NCBI GenBank assembly: GCA_041492755.1
Contig: JBGPXN010000050.1
Location: 1 to 27,849 of the forward strand
Length of the DNA stretch: 27,849 nt
Source: Candidatus Methylomirabilia bacterium
GTDB taxonomy: Bacteria; Methylomirabilota; Methylomirabilia; Rokubacteriales; CSP1-6
Direction: 5' to 3'
The position numbers and the translations under genes are program-made. The notes under the pieces were generated by a model that saw only the letters and a list, made by a program, of their open reading frames with translations, did not search any database and was not told the origin of the DNA. Shown one piece after another: positions 25,893 to 27,849 of the stretch; the first letter of the stretch is position 1, and each line of letters starts with the position of its first letter.

Positions 25893-26926
25893 GGCAGTTT
25901 CACCATCCCGAACTCGATTCCGAATCGTCCGGTCGTCGCCATGACGTCCAACGGGCCGCCACTAAACTGAACCACCTGGAGCTCAACGTAGTCTCCCGCC
26001 TCGAGCTCGTAGTGAGTGGCCACGCTCATGCGGTGTTCACCCGGCGCCATCCCGGGCGACGTCTGTATCGCGATGATGCCGCCCGAGTTCGGGGCAATCT
26101 CTATGGACCGCGCGCCAGTGGCATTTGGAGCCCACTGCACATGCCCGAAGATGAGGTACTTCCCTTTGACCGGGGCGAACAATCGTCCCGGGTGGACGGT
26201 GGGAGTGAAGAGACTGGCCGTGTCCCACCGTATGCTGTCAAACGTGAGCACCTGTGTCGCGCCACTGGTCGTGATCGTGATGTTGGTGCTGTTGAACACC
26301 CGCGCGCTGATATCGTTGGGCTCATTGAAGACGACGTCGAGCTGGGGCCCGTGGCTCGTTCCCGTGTTTTCCTTGCTGTCAACCCTGATCGAGATCCCGC
26401 CCGGAGCGGGAAGCAGCGCGATCCCCTGATTGCTGCTTGGGCTCTCCCGCCAGCCCCGAACCAGAGCGGTGATATCGACGGGCACGAACATCCCGGTCTG
26501 GGTTGTCGCAACCGAGACGCCAGCGACGGCCACCGGGCCGACCGGCGGGGCGCCATTCGCCGTGAGCGCCTCCTCTGTCCACACACCCGACACGGGGTAC
26601 ACGTCGAAGGCCCCGGCTGTCGTCACCTGATTAACCCAGAGCTTCAAGATCGCCCTCTGTATGGCGATCCCTTGCGTCCCTCCTGGCAGCGTCGACAGAT
26701 CGAACTTGAGGTAGGAGTTTCGCGTCCCCGAGACGAACAGCTGGGCGTTGGTGCCTGATGTCGCGTTGGGCTGGGCCGAGTTCGTGAAGGCATCGTCCGT
26801 CAGCGTCACCTGGAGTGCGAACGAGAGGTGGGGCAACAGCCAGAGCGCGAAAAAGACCAAGGCCGCGAGCCATCCTGTGATCCGGTGACCAGCCGGGGCA
26901 GCGAGGGATCGAACTGACGCACGCAT
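25889..26926 (-). CDS. Exported DNRLRE-like domain protein with C-terminal C1q/TNF-like domain
   Basis: Signal peptide, then DDAFTNSAQPN...RNSYLKFDLSTLP...AILKLWV...WTEEALT...DITALVRGW...SKE..PQL, then LTFDSIRWDT...RLFAPVKGKYLI...LEAGDYVEL. Confidence 0.78.
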   Translation of the reverse strand: MRASVRSLAAPAGHRITGWLAALVFFALWLLPHLSFALQVTLTDDAFTNSAQPNATSGTNAQLFVSGTRNSYLKFDLSTLPGGTQGIAIQRAILKLWVNQVTTAGAFDVYPVSGVWTEEALTANGAPPVGPVAVAGVSVATTQTGMFVPVDITALVRGWRESPSSNQGIALLPAPGGISIRVDSKENTGTSHGPQLDVVFNEPNDISARVFNSTNITITTSGATQVLTFDSIRWDTASLFTPTVHPGRLFAPVKGKYLIFGHVQWAPNATGARSIEIAPNSGGIIAIQTSPGMAPGEHRMSVATHYELEAGDYVELQVVQFSGGPLDVMATTGRFGIEFGMVKLP

Positions 26927-27033
26927 GTTCGCCTTCCCTTCCTGGTGAGGCGCGAAAGCCTCTGTGGCCGAGCAAACCCCTACTGACATGATGCCCAGAA
27001 CGCTGTGGTTGTATAGGACACGTGCGGAGCAGT

Positions 27034-27052
27034 CGTCAATTGGGGGAAATCC
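27034..27052 (-). promoter_or_regulatory. -35 hexamer with adjacent GGATTTCCCC box
   Basis: Minus strand reads GGATTTCCCC-caa-TTGACG upstream of the DNRLRE gene. Confidence 0.45.
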
Positions 27053-27418
27053 TTACAGCATCCTGATGGTGGGGCTTTAGATAGTCAGGACCGACCGCAC
27101 CCAACTCACAAGACCGACGCCAGCGTCCACAAGCGTCGATCGCCAGAGTCGGAAAACCGGCCACGGCTTCGAGGCCGACGCGCTCGGAGGCGTGATCCCT
27201 TTGGCATCGTGATGTGCGTATAGGCTCCTGGCATCTCGTCCTTCTCGCGCGACTATAGCCTGATCTTGGCAGGCGAGTCGCTCGATACGATTGACGAATG
27301 TCTCCGGCAGACCAGTAACGCTAGTGGCGGAGGCTTGGATCGGGATCCAGGTAGTCCGCGGCCATATTTCTTGGATCACGCGCGTCCGAAGGATCGTTAC
27401 GGAAGCGTGTCGAAAGAA

Positions 27419-27454
27419 CGGGAGAATCCCGGACGGGATTTCCCCGACTGGACA
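27419..27454 (+). promoter_or_regulatory. Tandem palindromic boxes and -35-like hexamer
   Basis: CGGGAGAATCCCG and CGGGATTTCCCCG, then GGATTTCCCC-gac-TGGACA. Confidence 0.4.
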
Positions 27455-27559
27455 TGAAGCAGCGTTTGCGTTAACTCTCGCCGCGTGGCAACGGCCGCAC
27501 CGCCATTGCGAGGGACGACGGGCGTTCAATGCACCCTCATTGCTGCCGTGCCCGCCGTC

Positions 27560-27849
27560 ATGCGCGCCCTCCTCCGGCGGTGGGGGCGATTGGCAGCCAG
27601 CGCCCTCCTCTTGGCGCTGCTCGCGATCCCTCCGGCCGGCGCGCAGACACCCTCCCTCCACTATATCTACGACGACCTGGGCCGGCTCATTTCCGTGGTC
27701 GATCCCGCTCAAGGCACGGCGATCTACGTTTATGACAGCACAGGAAACGTGCTGGCCATCACACGGCAGGCGGCGACGGTGGTGTCGATCATCGAGTTCC
27801 GCCCCAAGCGCGGCATCGTGGGCACCACCGTCAAGGTGCAGGGCACCGG
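27560..27849 (+). CDS. Exported YD(RHS)-repeat / IPT-TIG domain protein, 3'-truncated (absent from ORF track)
   Basis: Manual translation gives MRALLRRWGRLAASALLLALLAIPPAGA|QTPSLHYIYDDLGRLISVVDPAQGTAIYVYDSTGNVLAITR...IIEFRPKRGIVGTTVKVQGT, i.e. a signal peptide, a YD-repeat pair and the start of an IPT/TIG domain. Confidence 0.82.
   Translation, partial: MRALLRRWGRLAASALLLALLAIPPAGAQTPSLHYIYDDLGRLISVVDPAQGTAIYVYDSTGNVLAITRQAATVVSIIEFRPKRGIVGTTVKVQGT

Larger units (their letters stand above)
22299..27849. mobile_element. Probable genomic island or accessory region integrated at tRNA-Lys (continues beyond the window)
   Basis: Starts at the tRNA 3' end and contains att-like repeats, an IS remnant, accessory exported proteins and more A/T-ending codons. 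No integrase is present in the window. Confidence 0.5.

Noticed and set aside
27077..27712. 211-aa minus-strand ORF
   Set aside because: It is antisense to the YD/IPT gene and spans the promoter region, with no protein-like signature.

Overview
High-GC bacterial chromosome segment. Gene order and repeat style suggest Rokubacteria/Methylomirabilota or a deltaproteobacteria-like lineage (inference). Bases 1-20.8 kb are mostly housekeeping: the end of the dcw cluster (murC-murB-ftsQ-ftsA-ftsZ, no ddl), pgeF, yggS-proC-yggT-divIVA-yggU-mtnA, a SagB-type nitroreductase, an MBL-fold hydrolase, and a class-V aminotransferase-serA-(SIMPL)-histidine phosphatase-hisZ-purA block. A low-GC 1.3-kb insertion between pgeF and yggS is the best candidate for an undescribed system. 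It carries a BrnT-family toxin overlapping a gene in which a BrnT-antitoxin-like N-terminal peptide (VRGKYAERF) is fused to an ApeA-like HEPN (RxxxxH) RNase domain, suggesting a TA/HEPN hybrid defence module. Two genes (ftsA and an araC regulator) have no canonical start and appear to begin at an ATA overlapping the upstream TAG stop (ATAG). After purA come a sigma54-type promoter with two exported Pro/His-rich proteins and tRNA-Lys(UUU). Beyond the tRNA is an island-like region with three tandem att/arm-like repeat units, an IS66 scrap, and exported proteins (beta-propeller, DNRLRE+C1q-like, YD/IPT). Two copies of a palindromic MITE/REP-like element also occur. All calls are from reading the sequence; no searches were run.
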